DNA of 27,661 nt from Acaryochloridaceae cyanobacterium VAR_48_metabat_390 (GTDB lineage: Bacteria; Cyanobacteriota; Cyanobacteriia; Thermosynechococcales; Thermosynechococcaceae). The stretch covers positions 1 to 27,661 of the forward strand of contig JANPLU010000109.1 in NCBI GenBank assembly GCA_031422435.1, given 5' to 3'. Numbering within the stretch: the stretch's first letter is position 1; each line of letters begins with the position of its first letter. Both the position numbers and the translations under genes were made by a program. Under the pieces are notes generated by a model. The model was not told where the DNA came from. It was given only the letters and a program-made list of their open reading frames with translations, and searched no databases. Below are positions 26,654 through 27,661 of the stretch, piece after piece.

Positions 26654-26942
26654 CAGATTCCAGCAGCAGTAAAAAATCTGCCCAGCTTAAATTTTGCTGG
26701 ATAAAGTGAGGCTGTGCAGGGTTATAGGGACTCAGCAGCCGATCAATGGAATGAATCACCGCGCCTTCTGGCAAAACAGGTACATCTGGGTCAAAGGCGG
26801 TGGGGCGCATGAGAGAGCTAGAGAAGCCCTTAAAAATGCTGATCTCGTCTGGTTCACCCTCAATATCTGCTTTGACCAGCAGCACTTCTTTAGGATGGAT
26901 CAGGGTGTACTGCTCTAGTCGTTTGCCAGCGGGTTGTGTCAT
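26643..26942 (-). CDS. Conserved cyanobacterial/plastid hypothetical protein
   Basis: RLEQYT...P.EVLLV, IFKGFSSSLMRPTAFDPDVPVLP, IDRL.SPYNP. Confidence 0.85.
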   Translation of the reverse strand: MTQPAGKRLEQYTLIHPKEVLLVKADIEGEPDEISIFKGFSSSLMRPTAFDPDVPVLPEGAVIHSIDRLLSPYNPAQPHFIQQNLSWADFLLLLESDEC

Positions 26943-26969
26943 ATTGCAGCGCGATGTTCCGTAACGTCT

Positions 26970-27560
26970 CTAGAATCCAGTGGCAGAGCGGCCTTGTTTT
27001 GTAAATTTGAATATGAGGAAATAGCCGAGGTAAAGCCCATAAAAAACCAGCGCCATAATAGCCAGAAAGCCCAGTTTTTCAGCACGGGTACTGGCATGGA
27101 ACATGGACTTAAAGAGGAAAGGTGGCTCTAGCCAAACCTGGCATTCTGCTGTGCTAAGGGCAGCTTTAGACCCAGCACATTTAAGATAGGGCACCTGAAC
27201 AAGCGCGGCGATCGCGCAGTAAACCGTAATCGCCCATCGCCATGCGTTAATTGCCAGCTTTAGTGCGCCACGCCGATCTTCAATTTCTTCATTGAGGTCA
27301 ACCCAGAGCCAGAGGCTGACAGGGATAATGAGCAGTGCCGCAAAGCCTGCAACAAAACCCAGGGGGCTTTGACCAATCATCAAGTAAACCGCGATCGCCA
27401 ATAGGCTCGAAACGCGCCAGTAAATCATCAGTAAATGCGTAATAGGCTTGGCTCTTTTATAGACCGCCCATGCCAATAGCCCCAGTGGGCAAAGGACACC
27501 AAACAATACGGCCAGACGAAAATCTGTCCAAACAAGCGATCGCAACAGGTCAATGGACAT
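26970..27560 (-). CDS. DUF3177-family membrane protein
   Basis: LVWTDFRLAVLF, IYWRVSSLLAI, SLW.WVDLNEEI, AWRWA, KQGRSA. Confidence 0.85.
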   Translation of the reverse strand: MSIDLLRSLVWTDFRLAVLFGVLCPLGLLAWAVYKRAKPITHLLMIYWRVSSLLAIAVYLMIGQSPLGFVAGFAALLIIPVSLWLWVDLNEEIEDRRGALKLAINAWRWAITVYCAIAALVQVPYLKCAGSKAALSTAECQVWLEPPFLFKSMFHASTRAEKLGFLAIMALVFYGLYLGYFLIFKFTKQGRSATGF

Positions 27561-27661
27561 TTAGACACAACAGCGCTACAGCAAGATTTTACTCTTGATA
27601 AAGGGGCTTTGTCTGTTTTTGAGCAAATTTAAGGGTTCTGTTAGCTGCGGAATAGTCTGCT

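Overview
Cyanobacterial chromosomal window of mostly core genes, identified by phycobilisome linker genes and a high density of the HIP1 octamer GCGATCGC. In order: end of a phycocyanin rod-linker cluster (partial linker, cpcC, cpcD), an SbcC/Rad50-like ATPase, pnp, ictB, a small conserved protein, a half-length Tab2-like gene, a SpoU/TrmH methyltransferase, tRNA-Leu(CAG), zur, a large TPR protein, an esterase, surE, DUF2808, a Get3/ArsA ATPase, ycf20, initiator tRNA-Met, a DUF697 protein, a ThiE/TenI-fold protein, cobD/cbiB, a secreted protein ending in PVRGLW, a DUF4268 protein, a TerB-like/Mo-nitrogenase-C protein, crr7, ycf37, an orphan ABC substrate-binding protein and two conserved hypotheticals. 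I saw no transposase, integrase, CRISPR array or rRNA, and no clear-cut new multi-gene system. The best leads are: an SbcC with no CXXC zinc hook that sits behind a hairpin-dense spacer with a perfect 20-bp palindrome and a small ORF; the secreted protein with a Pro-rich tail and terminal PVRGLW; a 94-bp palindromic element read in frame in a transporter gene; and several truncated or catalytically altered paralogues. All family calls come from motif recognition by eye, not from database searches.
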